Of a DNA stretch of 64,000 nt, positions 9,704-23,833 are shown piece by piece. Below the pieces are notes generated by a model. The model did no database searches, was not told the origin of the DNA, and saw only the letters and a list, made by a program, of their open reading frames with translations. Source of the DNA: Eukaryota sp. TZLM1-RC (Eukaryota > Protista > Metamonada: BaSk clade). Position 1 is the stretch's first letter. Each line of letters starts with the position of its first letter. Made by a program: the position numbers and the translations under genes. The stretch spans positions 1,460,070-1,524,069 of the forward strand of contig JAUPSS010000006.1 in NCBI GenBank assembly GCA_040285825.1, in the 5' to 3' direction.

Positions 9704-12638
9704 ATGGAGTTGTGTGATGAGATGATGATGCTTGGAAATGCAGCTTTTTGTACTTACTTCTGAGATGCATCGATCAAATATACTTCACACCCTGCGCTCG
9801 TGGTTTTCTTCAGTACCTGTGGAGCAAGACCACCTAGATCTCAAAAAGATCCAACCCCTTTCAATCGTATCCAAGCACTACATTTGAATCTACCCACAAG
9901 TCTTTCCTTCACACAATCTGTGGTCTTCATAATACTTTGAATCCTTTTTGTCACAGAGAACAACATGAAAGCTGTTTACATTATCTTGCTCAGTGAAGAA
10001 TCTGTTGAGATAGAGCCTTTCAAACCAAGTTAGTTGACCTCCCTAGTCTCCCTGATATGAAGCCTTACCCTTATAAAAATTAATCTCATTAGTGCCATGT
10101 CCTACTATTTGAATTTCGTACCAGATTTTTCGTGTTCATTATCTCTTTGATATAGCCTCGAAAAAGATCTATTTGGATGATAGAGTTCTTCGTTAGTGAC
10201 AAGTGCTTAATGATCAAGAATACAATTCCTATGCTCTACAAAAACCTTATACAAACTTACTTCAGTCGCATTGAAAATAGGTCTGTTCTTTTTCGAGACC
10301 TTGATGAAAGTCAAAAAGCCCAGTTTCTGACAAATTTTTCCTTCAGTTTTGCCCAAATCAGTTTCGGAGACCCGTGGGTGTGCTGTTTTGTTCAATTCGG
10401 AGGAATTCACATCAATATTGCAACAATATTCTCATTTTTGTTTACAATTTGTTTGCATATCCATTTGTAACGTATTTTTGATACGGCATCTGAGTCGTTA
10501 TTTAGTACTTATGAAGCACAACTTGTTGAGTTATCAAATATTAAAGCTGCACTACATGTTTCAGCCAGGGAAGATATCAATTGTGCTCCTAGTCAAGTTT
10601 CTCCTATTAATGGTAAAACCTTGTTATGTTTATAAGATGGATCCAAACTTTAATATGCGTAATTTAATCAAAATTTCATTTTGTCAATTATCAAACCTAA
10701 TTTTCAATTTGTTAAATACTTACGATCCCATTGTCGATTACCGCTTCCCTTTTTAAACATGCGGCTCTCAATGGGCCTAATCAACATCTCTCCGTCATTA
10801 ATTTTCAACCTTTCGCCAGCGACGAAGATGCACTTCAAGCTCTAGAAAAATTTTTTTCAAGGAGGTAGGGTACATCCAAGCCTTTTTTTCTTATGAATGT
10901 GATCATTCAGTTCCAGTACATTCTGGAATGAAAGACATTTGCCAAGAATTTAGCGACTTATCACCAAAAGGAAAATATGTTACTTGCGTCCAACGGAAAT
11001 CACCGTGTATTGGACTAACAACTGCTATTTATTTTGCATTATCGAAATTAAAACAATGTGGTTTGTTATCAATTGGAGAAATTTGTGTCTGATACCCCCG
11101 GACAAAGTATATGAAAGTCTTATCTATATTAACAGTGTAGTTTTTATTTTTGTAAGGATTTGCCGTTGAACAATGTACACAAACTCATGAATACACTTAG
11201 CCAGAGACACTTTCAGTTTTTTATTTGGTGTACATTGGAAACAAGTTACCGGCCTTGAAAGAAAGGATGTTTCGATACAAAAAAATACACGTATGAAATG
11301 AATCTTTATAGAGACAATTTTTATTTCTACTTTGAACAAACGTTGTGATCAATTAAACAAAAAAAACTAGGACGACATGTTGAAAAAAAGATTTCTTATA
11401 TATAGGAATTGCATTATTTAAGAAGAATTTTTTTCCTTAGCTGAGACTACAGTTAAGAGTTTGCTCGATTCAATGTGGAAGAAACTGAACGATCGAGATA
11501 AAGGACTATTTCTATTTTTATTGTCTTGTTTTCGGTGACTGGGAAATCAGAACAATTTCCCCTTGATTTATTCACTTCTGAAAGATTTCATTCTAATTTT
11601 TGAAAAAGTTGCCTTGTTTTTAACAGAATTATTCTCCCTGCTGTTGGAGCTGGTACAGGTCTATTTTTGTATAAATAGAACTGTTGCTGAAATAATTTGT
11701 TCTTCTTCAACCAACTCTGGCGAATCAACTATTATGAATGCTTTTTCGTCTTCTTTGGGATTCTGGAAGCGAAGCATGGTTTCATTCTGTTTTTTTATAA
11801 AGGTTATTCGAAAGTTATTTCTTAATCGAAGAGGTAAAATTAAAAATTCAACCAAAAAGATGCTTTTGATCTCTATTTTTTTAATCCGATGTACTAGCGA
11901 AAATCTTCCTTCAGAATTATTATATAGTCAGCTTCAATGTTCGTTTTTTGAAAATTTGTGCAAAAAGAGGGATTCGAAGTTGAAAAAAACTTATAGATGA
12001 AGCCATTTGTATTTTTTTAACAACAGTGGCAAAATTGTTGAAAAAAATTTGGAGATTACGATGTGCCTGAAGGTTTTTGTTAAAGAACGTCAAATTTCTC
12101 AGTTCTTCACTATTCTAGGGGATACATTCCGTTATTTTTGCTCAAAAATTTGCATTCCAGGAGAGCACACTGTTTGGATCTCTCGTTGATTTCCTATCAA
12201 CAGGCATTGGCTGAGGATTCCGGGTCTACTTTTTGCAGCGCATGGATTTTTTTATTGACATATTGTTGTTGTTATTTTTTTCGGGTAGAAATGATTTGGC
12301 TAACCGTTTTTTTCCACCAGCGAGTATCTCACACATGAGTTATTTATTTCTTTTAGTTGAAAAAAATCCCCAGATTCCGTCCTTCAATTTGATTCATGGT
12401 TTACGAGTATGGGAGAATTTTTTTGCTGTCTCACAGTTTTGAAGCATTGTCTGATGATGAGCAACTAGCAGTTGGTAGAATATGGTCATTTTTTTCTTCA
12501 TAAGTAAGATGTTATCTTTTGACGATCGAAATTTGGTTTGGGATAATGATACTGTTGCTGAGTATATCAAAAATTCCTCAATCGCGACTATTGTTGCAAC
12601 ATGATGAAGATGATGATAATTCAGATTGTTTTTACATT
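9704..12638 (+). pseudogene. SAMD9-like gene, copy 3 (G-type, AlbA_2-like N-terminus; 3'-truncated)
   Basis: ATG at 9704 (MELCDEMMM), then EQDHLDLKK...TICGLHNT and the shared body. Cut at tttacattg|ttgctgatttt. Confidence 0.55.
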
Positions 12639-13431
12639 GTTGCTGATTTTTCATCACATTTGCACCCTCTATTCCCTTTATGATTACCCCATATGATTTC
12701 CGACAACTGGGAGTTGAACCCACAAACATTGGGATTTCTACTGTTATTTTGTTGGAGGTGGTGGTATTTGAACCTAGAACATGGTTTTGAGTGGAAATCT
12801 TTATTCTTATTTATTATTTATTTATTATTAAACTAACTGAAAATTTCTCATGAAGGATGATTTTTCGCTGGTTTGGGTTTTTAGTTAATTATCATGTTTT
12901 TACATGTAAATGATATAATTTACCATTAACCTTAAGTTGGTTGATTGAACACAATTTAAACTTGAAATTTACCAATGCCAAAACTTAAGGTTCAGATGAT
13001 CTAGATGATGAAGTTAGTGATGAAACATTAAGACCCTTGTTACAACTAATGTTGGCTTTGATGATGTAGTTGTTGTTTGTTATTCAAATGCTATTGTAGG
13101 GTTCCATTCATCATTATTATTATTTTTCAATTTGAGAGTCTCCACCAAATATTGAGAGTAATTCTCTTTATTTTTGAGTTTCTATTGATAAACACATAAA
13201 CGACTAATTAATCATCAATCATTCTGTTTTTTTAACTGTTGTAAGATGATTATGGTCAAGAAAGACCTGATTACGTGTTTCTGTATAGTCTACATGTTTT
13301 TTTGGATTTTTTTGGATGTTTGTTGACAACAACCTTTTTATGTGATTTAACTAGTCTTAATATAGTCTTATTAATATATTTATATATGATTTTTTTATAA
13401 CTAATCATTTAAATAATTACTTTTTTTCGAA

Positions 13432-15421
13432 ATGAAAAAAATGTGAAGCACTGTTATTATGGTGCAAGACAAGTCTGGTTTTTTTGTTTCCAAACATTGT
13501 GATAAGGACAACTACCATGTGAATACAGCAACTTCACAATTATTAGAAGATTTTTTTGTGAGAAAAAAAACGTCTGAGTGAATATTTGAGTTTTTATCAA
13601 TTCTATGATTAGTTTTATGATTAACATACCTAATACTTCAGTACTGACAATTTGTTACAAAGGGTCAATGGACTGAGAAGAATTATTTTTCCGATTGTGA
13701 AGGCTGTTTACATTATCTTGCACAGTGAAGAAACTGTTGAGATAGAGCCTTTGAAAACCAAGTTAGCTGACCTCCCTAGTCTCCTTGATGTGAAGCCTTA
13801 CCCTTATAAAATTAATCTCATTAGTGCCATGTCCTACTATTTGAATTTCGTACCAGATTTTTCGTGTTCATTATCTCTTTGATATAGCCTCGAAAAAGAT
13901 CTATTTGGATGATAGAGTTCTTCGTTAGTGACAAGCGCTTAATGATCAAGAATACAATTCCTATGCTCTACAAAAACCTTATACAAACTTACTTCAGTCG
14001 CATTGAAAAATAGGCCCGTTCATTTTCGAGACCTTGATAAAAAGTCAAAAAGCCCATTTTTCTGAAAAAAATTTTTCCTTCAGTTTTGCCCAAATCAGTT
14101 TCGGAGACCCGTGGGTGTGCTGTTTTTGTTCAATTCGGAGGAATTCACATCAATATTACAACAGTATTCTCATTTTTGTTTACAATTTGTTTGCATATCC
14201 GTTTTGTAACGTATTTTGATACGGCATCTGAGTCGTTATTTAGTACTTATGAAGCACAACTTGTTCAGTTATCAAATATTAAAAGCTGCACTACATGTTT
14301 CAGCCAGGGAAGATATCAATTGTGCTCCTAGTCAAGTTTCTCCTATTAATGGTAAACCTTGTTATGTTTATAAGATGGATGCAAACTTTAATATGCGCAA
14401 TTTAATCAAAATTTCATTTTTGTCAATTATCAAACCTAATTTTTCAATTTGTTAAATACTTTACGATCCCATTGTCGATTACCGCTTCCCTTTTAAACAT
14501 GCGGCTCTCAATGGGCCTAATCAACATCTCTCCGTCATTAATTTTCAACCTTTCGCCAGCGACGAAGATGCACTTCAAGCTCTAGAAAAATTTTTTTCAA
14601 GGAGGTAGGGTACATCCAAGCCGTTTTTTTCTTATGAATGTGATCATTCAGTTCCAGTACATTCTGGAATGAAAAAAACATTTGCCAAGAATTTAGCGAC
14701 TTATCACCAAAAGGAAAAATATGTTACTTGCGTCCAACGGAAATCACCGTGTATTGGACTAACAACTGCTATTTATTTTGCATTATCGAAATTAAACAAT
14801 GTGGTTTGTTATCAATTGGAGAAATTTGTGTCTGATACCCCGGACAAAGTATATGAAAGTCTTATCTATATTAACAGTGTAGTTTTTATTTTGTAAGGAT
14901 TTGCTGTTGAACAATGTACACAAACTCATGAATACACTTAGCCAGAGACACTTTCAGTTTTTTTCATTTGGTGTACATTGGAAACAAGTTACCGGCCTTG
15001 AAAGAAAGGATGTTTCGATACAAAAAAATACACGTATGAAATGAATCTTTATAGAGACAATTTTATTTCTACTTTGAACAAACGTTGTGATCAATTAAAA
15101 CAAAAAAACTAGGACGACATGTTGAAAAAAAGATTTCTTATATATAGGAATTGCATTATTTAAGAAGAATTTTTTTCCTTAGCTGAGACTACAGTTAAGA
15201 GTTTGCTCGATTCAATGTGGAAGAAACTGAACGATCGAGATAAAGGACTATTTCTATTTTATTGTCTTGTTTTCGGTGACTGGGAAATCAGAACAATTTC
15301 CCCTTGATTTATTCACTTCTGAAAGATTTCATTCTAATTTTTGAAAAAGTTGCCTTGTTTTTAACAGAATTATTCTCCCTGCTGTTGGAGCTGGTACAGG
15401 TCTATTTTGTTAAATAGAACT
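13432..15421 (+). pseudogene. SAMD9-like gene, copy 4 (H-type N-terminus; 3'-truncated at duplication junction)
   Basis: Putative ATG at 13432 (MKKCEALLLW after homopolymer correction), then the shared body to the tagaact|aaaaaaacg junction. Confidence 0.5.
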
Positions 15422-18400
15422 AAAAAAACGTCTGAGTGAATATTTGAGTTTTTATCAATTCTATGATTAGTTTTATGATTAACATACCTAATACTTCAGT
15501 ACTGACAATTTGTTACAAAGGGTCAATGGACTGAGAAGAATTATTTTTCCGATTGTGAAGGCTGTTTACATTATCTTGCACAGTGAAGAAACTGTTGAGA
15601 TAGAGCCTTTGAAAACCAAGTTAGCTGACCTCCCTAGTCTCCCTTGATGTGAAGCCTTACCCTTATAAAAATTAATCTCATTAGTGCCATGTCCTACTAT
15701 TTAAATTTCGTACCAGATTTTCGTGTTCATTATCTCTTTGATATAGCCTCGAAAAAGATCTATTTGGATGATAGAGTTCTTCGTTAGTGACAAGCGCTTA
15801 ATGATCAAGAATACAATTCCTATGCTCTACAAAAACCTTATACAAACTTACTTCAGTCGCATTGAAAATAGGCCCGTTCATTTTTCGAGACCTTGATAAA
15901 AGTCAAAAAGCCCATTTTCTGAAAAAAATTTTTCCTTCAGTTTTTGCCCAAATCAGTCTCGGAGACCCGTGGGTGTGCTGTTTTGTTCAATTCGGAGGAA
16001 TTCACATCAATATTGCAACAGTATTCTCATTTTTGTTTACAATTTGTTTTGCATATCCGTTTGTAACGTATTTTTGATACGGCATCTGAGTCGTTATTTA
16101 GTACTTATGAAGCACAACTTGTTCAGTTATCAAATATTAAAGCTGCACTACATGTTTCAGCCAGGGAAGATATCAATTGTGCTCCTAGTCAAGTTTCTCC
16201 TATTAATGGTAAACCTTGTTATGTTTATAAGATGGATGCAAACTTTAATATGCGTAATTTAATCAAAATTTCATTTTTGTCAATTATCAAACCTAATTTT
16301 TCAATTTGTTAAATACTTACGATCCCATTGTCGATTACCGCTTCCCTTTTTAAAACATGCGGCTCTCAATGGGCCTAATCAACATCTCTCTGTCATTAAT
16401 TTTTCAACCTTTCGTCAGCGACGAAGATGCACTTCAAGCTCTAGAAATTTTTTTCAAGGAGGTAGGGTACATCCAAGCCGTTTTTTTCTTATGAATGTGA
16501 TCATTCAGTTCCAGTACATTCTGGAATGAAAAAAACATTTGCCAAGAATTTAGCGACTTATCACCAAAAGGAAAAATATGTTACTTGCGTCCAACGGAAA
16601 TCACCGTGTATTGGACTAACAACTGCTATTTATTTTTGCATTATCGAAATTAAACAATGTGGTTTGTTATCAATTGGAGAAATTTGTGTCTGATACCCCG
16701 GACAAAGTATATGAAAGTCTTATCTATATTAACAGTGTAGTTCTATTTTTGTAAGGATTTGCCGTTGAACAATGTACACAAACTCATGAATACACTTAGC
16801 CAGAGACACTTTGAGTTTTTTTCATTTGGTGTACATTGGAAACAAGTTACCGGCCTTGAAAGAAAGGATGTTTCGATACAAAAAAATACACGTATGAAAT
16901 GAATCTTTATAGAGACAATTTTATTTCTACTTTGAACAAACGTTGTGATCAATTAAAACAAAAAAACTAGGACGACATGTTGAAAAAAAGATTTCTTATA
17001 TATAGGAATTGCATTATTTAAGAAGAATTTTTTTCCTTAGCTGAGACTACAGTTAAGAGTTTGCTCGATTCAATGTGGAAGAAACTGAACGATCGAGATA
17101 AAGGACTATTTCTATTTTTATTGTCTTGTTTTCGGTGACTGGGAAATCAGAACAATTTCCCCTTGATTTATTCACTTCTGAAAGATTTCATTCTAATTTT
17201 GAAAAAGTTGCCTTGTTTTTAACAGAATTATTCTCCCTGCTGTTGGAGCTGGTACAGGTCTATTTTTGTATAAATAGAACTGTTGCTGAAATAATTTGTT
17301 CTTCTTCAACCAACTCTGGCGAATCAACTATTATGAATGCTTTTTCGTCTTCTTTGGGATTCTGGAAGCGAAGCATGGTTTCATTCTGTTTTTTTATAAA
17401 GGTTATTCGAAAGTTATTTCTTAATCGAAGAGGTAAAATTAAAAATTCAACCAAAAGATGCTTTTGATCTCTATTTTTTTAATCCGATGTACTAGCGAAA
17501 AATCTTCCTTCAGAATTATTATATAGTCAGCTTCAATGTTCGTTTTTTGAAAAATTTGTGCAAAAAGAGGGATTCGAAGTTGAAAAACTCTTATAGATGA
17601 AGCCATTTGTATTTTTTTAACAACAGTGGCAAAATTGTTGAAAAAAAATTTGGAGATTACGATGTGCCTGAAGGTTTTTGTTAAAGAACGTCAAATTTCT
17701 CAGTTCTTCACTATTCTAGGGGATACATTCCGTTATTTTTGCTCAAAAATTTGCATTCCAGGAGAGCACACTGTTTGGATCTCTCGTTGATTTCCTATCA
17801 ACAGGCATTGGCTGAGGATTCCGGGTCTACTTTTTGCAGCGCATGGATTTTTTTATTGACATATTGTTGTTGTTATTTTTTTCGGGTAGAAATGATTTGG
17901 CTAACCGTTTTTTTCCACCAGCGAGTATCTCACACATGAGTTATTTATTTCTTTAGTTGAAAAAAATCCCCAGATTCCGTCCTTCAATTTGATTCATGGT
18001 TTACGAGTATGGGAGAATTTTTTTGCTGTCTCACAGTTTTTGAAGCATTGTCTGATGATGAGCAACTAGCAGTTGGTAGAATATGGTCTTTTTTTCTTCA
18101 TAAGTAAGATGTTATCTTTTGACGATCGAAATTTGGTTTGGGATAATGATACTGTTGCTGAGTATATCAAAAATTCCTCAATCGCGACTATTGTTGCAAC
18201 ATGATGAAGATGATGATAATTCAGATTGTTTTACATTGGCAACTGTTGTGGAGAAAGACCACCGAAATCTATCTTTAGAGGCAGCTACTCTGTTTCTTTA
18301 CGGTGAAACTGATTGTGAATCTGTATTTAATAATTTGGAAGATGTTTTCACTAGTAGTAGTAGTAAAAACTGTACACTAACTACAATGCTCCAATTATAT

Positions 18401-18713
18401 TTTAAGCCTGATTTATTCCGATCCAAGAATTTCAACATTGTTCTTATTGATGACCAATTTATAAATCAACAATCCTGTTATCTTGAACTAAGAGATTCCA
18501 AATATAGGCTGTGTAAGGCACAGCAGGATTCTTACATGTTCATGCCAGCTGCGTTGACTAAAGACAGTGTAGGCAGCATGAATGTGAGAACTCTATCAAA
18601 TGACCAATTGCCCGTCACAGTATATTGTGATTCAAATGCTATTATTATTTTCTCCAAAAATAAACCCTACCTTAAAATTTCACCAAAAACCCTGTGATTG
18701 TTTATTAAGGTAT
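15422..18713 (+). CDS. SAMD9-like gene, copy 5 (5'-clipped H-type, complete 3' part)
   Basis: Near-identical to copy 2. ORFs 17126..17467 and 18119..18697. Confidence 0.55.
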
Positions 18714-18890
18714 ATGAGTCTATTTAAAAAGCTTAGTTTTTTTGTTTATATTTGAAAAAAACCCTGCTGTTTCATCAACTTCCACAATGTTTCAGAACAT
18801 ATGCATGAACCATTGCGAATGAGTTTTCATCGGTTACCTTATCTTATATTTGTTGTTATATGTTATAGACTATTTTTATTTTTTTGCATA

Positions 18891-19197
18891 AATATGTTTG
18901 AACATTCCTATTGATCAATTATCACTAAAAAAGTGTATTCAAATTCACCACAGCTCACTTTGCATCATGCTCTGAATTGTTCGGAATTGATAACTGATTG
19001 TTCTTCATAACATGATGCTGTTAGAGGCACTGTGTTCAATATGGCATGAACTGCCTGAATCTGGTGTATTAAAGAGCCTCTGGTGAAAGATGAACTGTCA
19101 TTGAATATTTTTAGTTGATGACAGGGGTGATATATAATGCGATAGGGTTGCGGACTCTAAAGCTGCTGTTGACGTTGTCTTCTGTAATGTGCCAAAT
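18891..19197 (+). mobile_element. Decayed CRE-like Zn knuckle/RLE fragment (copy)
   Basis: Near-identical to 4770..5075. Confidence 0.75.
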
Positions 19198-19822
19198 GAG
19201 AATTAGTTTTTTTGTCAATTTGAATTTTTATTAAGTGTTGTAGTTCAATAAAACAATTCAATTATGTAAGGAGGTTGAAACAATTTTTTTCTTCTTATTG
19301 TTACAAATATTTGTTGCGAAACTCTTTTGAGGAAATTCAGCAATTGACACATGGTTATAAAACACGAGATCACAATCCAAGGAATAAATTGGATTTGTTG
19401 AGTTGGCATTCATCTTAATGAATGTTTAGTGGAATTACTTCTTATTAATTAATACTAAGTAATATTTTTTTGTAGTTTCCATTTTTACAGGATTATAAAG
19501 ATTGACTGGAGTTTGCTCAGTTGGGTTTTTTTCTGTAGTTATAAAAACATAATTCATTTTTTGAGTCAAAAATCAAAAAAATATTTCTTGTATTTCAGTA
19601 CCCAGACTTAATAGCACTCAATTTATTGAACCAACATTCCCTGTGTTTTTTTGAAATGAACTGAGGAGAGAATGAAACACAAATTTCAAATTATGAGCCA
19701 TTTTGATAGAGCATCAGCACTTGAATGAGTAAATCGTATATGTGTAATTACGGGTAATGTTGCTTTCTAAATAATTATTTTTAAAATGAATTAACGTTTA
19801 AAGATTACGGTTAACTTTATAG

Positions 19823-20477
19823 AACATCTTCAATTTAGATTTTTAAGAATGCTTTCAATTCTGTATCTCGTTCTTCCATTTTTACCTTTGCTGCAAAAAG
19901 CATTTTTCCTGAAGTTGAGCCTTTTTTTCTATTCATTTTTATGGAAAATCATCCACATTGGTCTATGAAAACTTTGACCTGTTTTTCGTCTTCAGGTGTT
20001 AAACAAGGTGATCCACTTGGTCCTTTTTTTCTTTTGTCTGGCAATTCATCCATTAATGTGCGAATTGAAAGAAAAAAATTCCCAGAAATAGATATTGTAG
20101 CATATATGGATGACATTTCTGTAATTTTAACGCCGCAAAAAAAGAAGATAAAAAAATATGAAGAACCTTTGGCACAGTTAGGTAGAGTGGAACATGTGAA
20201 ATATCAGTTTGTGCCGTTTGCAATTTCTCTTTTTGGCAATATTGGACCTTTCAGGGTTGCACTTTTTTTGAAAATTTCAAAAAAAGTGTTACTGAATAGG
20301 TCTGGTAAAAACAATGAACTCCACTTTCTGGATAAATAGAATTGTTTTTCTGCATTTTTCAAGTCTATTCCAACATTGATTTCAAAGGCGCTTTTAGCTA
20401 TTGGTGTAGAATATGAACGTAATGCTGTGAGTAGGTTCAGTAATAGTGACGCTTGTTTGGAGGATATTGAATTCTAG
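19823..20477 (+). mobile_element. Internally deleted CRE-like RT/RLE element (copy)
   Basis: ORF 19941..20339 has QGDPLGP, YMDD, KKY and FVPFAISLFG. Confidence 0.88.
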
Positions 20478-21298
20478 ATGGTTTTTTTATCTCAATAATT
20501 ATTCCAGTTTTTAAAAAAATAAATTAAAAGTATTATAAAAATGTTTTTTTATAGAACTATTTACAATAATTAATCACAAATTGATATCAATACATTCCCT
20601 CTACCACGATACTGAAAGTTTTGTTTTTTTGAACTGGGTCCATCCAAACAGTGATCAGTTGGTGATACAATTTTTGTTATGGTTTTTTTGTGCTGTTGCC
20701 AGCATAAATTTTGCTTATTAAAAAAAGACGGCTTTAACCTCAAGGAAATTGTGTAAAATTTTTTTATTAATTGAGAAACAGAATTATGTATATGGGTTGA
20801 TGAAAAAAATTCTTCCAGTATTTCCTCAAATGAGATATTTTGTTCAATAAGTACTGTGCAAATACTGTAATAAATATGAATATAATATACTATATATAAT
20901 AATTATATTGTGCAACCTTGCCAATCCAAATGTCTTTAATATAAAGTCTTGGATCATTTGTTTTAAGCTTATTTATTGAACTCAATCAATCAACCTGTGT
21001 CGTCTAGTATGGGAAATATATGGTTTTTGAATGCTCAATACAAAACGACTGATCAGAAAAATCGAATGTACGACCACTTTCTTTGAGAAGATTTCCTAAA
21101 TCATTTGAAAAAAATTGAGATCTAAAAAAATGGCCGTGTTCTTCCTGATGCCCAAGAAGCAAAAAAATCTTGTTCAGTTCTTCAACTGCTTATTCTTCCT
21201 CCTGTAAGGTTTTAACTGCACTATTTTTCGGTCTTTCGTTTCCTTTTTTTCAATGGTCACATCATTCTGAAGCAGATGAATCGAATTTCATTGAGTAC

Positions 21299-22771
21299 TG
21301 TTATCTCTTTGACCATTTTTTTGGAAATCATTCAATAAAAGTTTCTGCTTCATCTGATAATCTTCCATTTATCGAAAAATAGGAAAGCAATAAAAACCAG
21401 CTGTGTATTTCTATCAACATTAGCCTCCTCAGTATCTGTATCATATTTTTCTATGTCTTTCTTTTGCTTTTAAAAATCAAGAACACTTACAGGACCAAGT
21501 TTTTCCTCTGTGAACAACAGTATCATTTGCATCATTACATGAGACAAAGTCAAAAGTAGCTTCAGAATTATCAATCCAATCACAGTATACAGCAACTTTA
21601 TCACCACAACCAAAAATAATTCTGAGAACGTGTTTGCTTTTAGCAGAGGCTCTTTGTTACACGATATGCTTACAGTTTGTGCTATATTGAAAAGAGTGTC
21701 TCTAGCAGGATCATGTAATGAAGAACGATAAGTTATCAATTTAGAACAATTCAGAGCATGGCGCAAAGTGAGTTGAGGTGAATTCGAACAAATACATTTT
21801 TTTCTTTTGATAATAGTTGATTAATGGGGATATTCAAATATAATCTCATTTTTTTATTACAAATGCATCATTAGTAACACACAGTCCAAATCTTCGTGGT
21901 ACAATTTTTACAAAAAGTGAAGAATCTGATGACTGGCATTCACAAACACCCTTTTTCCAATAACAATGAGTGAAGATTGTGATTTAAAACAGCCGAGCTG
22001 CATATATATATTATAAAGATCAGTTTCATACATTCCAGTCAATCGTTTCTAAAATGTTCGAATAGTGTATTTTAAATTTAATAGATTCTTTTTCTGGAAT
22101 ATTGCAATACAATGATGGAAAGCATCGACTCCATTTTTTTCTACATCAATTTTTGAAATTTCTTTTATTTAATACGAAAAACAGTAGAACTTTTGCGTTA
22201 TAAAAAAATTTTTCCCGATCTGCAAATATTTCGGAAAAACTCAAAGATTGCGTTTTTTTGCATCCCCCCAATAAAAAAACACGAAGTCAGAATAGAAGCC
22301 CTCATCCAACTTAAAACCGCCATAATGTGGACTAAGGTAAGCATGGTCTGGAATTTAGAACATTTTACATCCCAAAAAAATTGTGACAAAACATTTGCAC
22401 CTAACTCATCAAACTTCTGAGCCAAAGGCCTAGTGGAAAGAGGATTTTTTTAGATCGAAATATATGATTGAAGTTGGAATTAAAACACAGTCTTATAATG
22501 GTAAATTTGATATGTCTCTGTACATCTATAGTCATCATTCGGTCAATTGTATCGGAAATTGAGTTCAACTTTTTAAACATTGTTTTTGGTAATGTCATCA
22601 TTATTTCCTAAAAACGAACCCAAATGACGAATAGCATCAATTGAATATAATTCGGCTTTGAGGTATAATTATAATACAGTTTGAACAACATCATGATTTT
22701 TGAAGCAAATTTGTAGTCCAAATGTTGATATTCCTTTGTGCTATTTTTACAAAAAAATCATAAGGTATTTC
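21299..22771 (-). mobile_element. Inverted CRE-like fragment (copy)
   Basis: ORFs 21470..21766 (-) and 22401..22601 (-). Confidence 0.85.
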
Positions 22772-23332
22772 AATCTGTTCATGTTACTGCAGTGTTTTTC
22801 AAAAATTGTTTTTGCAAATGGTTAATTTATCAACTTCCATTCAGGTATTAAATAGAATTAGTTTTTTTGTCAATTTAAACTTAAGTTTAAATTTAAGTGT
22901 TGTAGTTTAATAATGTAATTCAATTATGTCTGGAGGTTGAAACAATTTTTTTCTTATTGCTACATATAATTGTTGGGAAACTCTTTTTGCGGAAATAATA
23001 AGCTGAGATGAGATGATGATGCAAGGGATTTGTATTTGATGTAGGGTTGGACGATGCGTATCCGTAACTGTTACGTTACGTTAAATAACAGTAACTGGAA
23101 CGTATTCTGAGCTCCAACCGCAACAACCACATTGCTACAATTCTGGGCACAGAATCTAACCTCGAAAAACAGTATAAAACTGAATGTACGACCACTTTCT
23201 GTGAGAAGATTTCCTAAATCATCTAATCAATTGAGATCTTCAGTTCCAAGGGTACCAAAAAAATTGAAAATGCAATTGGAACAAATTTTATGTTTCTGTC
23301 CCTTTTTTTCCTTTTTTTGTCGCTTTTTTTGA

Positions 23333-23621
23333 AAGTCATTCAAAAATTGCACTGGTTTAATTTCTCAGCAACCAAGGCTATTCGGTCTTCACCTAACAAA
23401 TGAATCTTGAAAACAAAAACATGCGTTTGAGATTAGGGCTGTATCCAAGTGAACTTTTGAATAATTTGCTTTGTATTTGTAACAAAAAAACCGTCTGTCA
23501 ATTTCCGTCGTATTGTGAGTTGTAAGAAATTTCTTCAATATCGGCCAGTTCTTCATAATGCTGTTCGTGATCCTAAGAATTATTCACAGTTTGGGTTTGT
23601 ACATTAAGAGTAGAACCTTTG
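23333..23621 (+). mobile_element. CRE-like linker/Zn knuckle fragment (copy)
   Basis: Near-identical to 9203..9490. Confidence 0.75.
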
Positions 23622-23833
23622 CAGCCACCAAGTAAAATAAGCTTCGGATGAATTAACTTCTCAACTGTTGAGAAACTTTTTGTGGAATTCACCAAGGTAA
23701 AAAGACTCTAGAAAGTGCAATGATTTCAGAATTGTTGCTCGTATGATATCAAAAAGGAGCTCATGTTTGAGACTTTTTCCGGAATTCAGTGTCTAACGTA
23801 AAGAAAGAAGAATGAATACGTATAACAAAGGAC

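Noticed and set aside
9968-10340. Positive selection on the N-terminal region between G and H types
   Set aside because: The rough ratio of nonsynonymous to synonymous differences (about 3:1) is near the neutral expectation and the counts are small. It cannot be claimed without a formal test.
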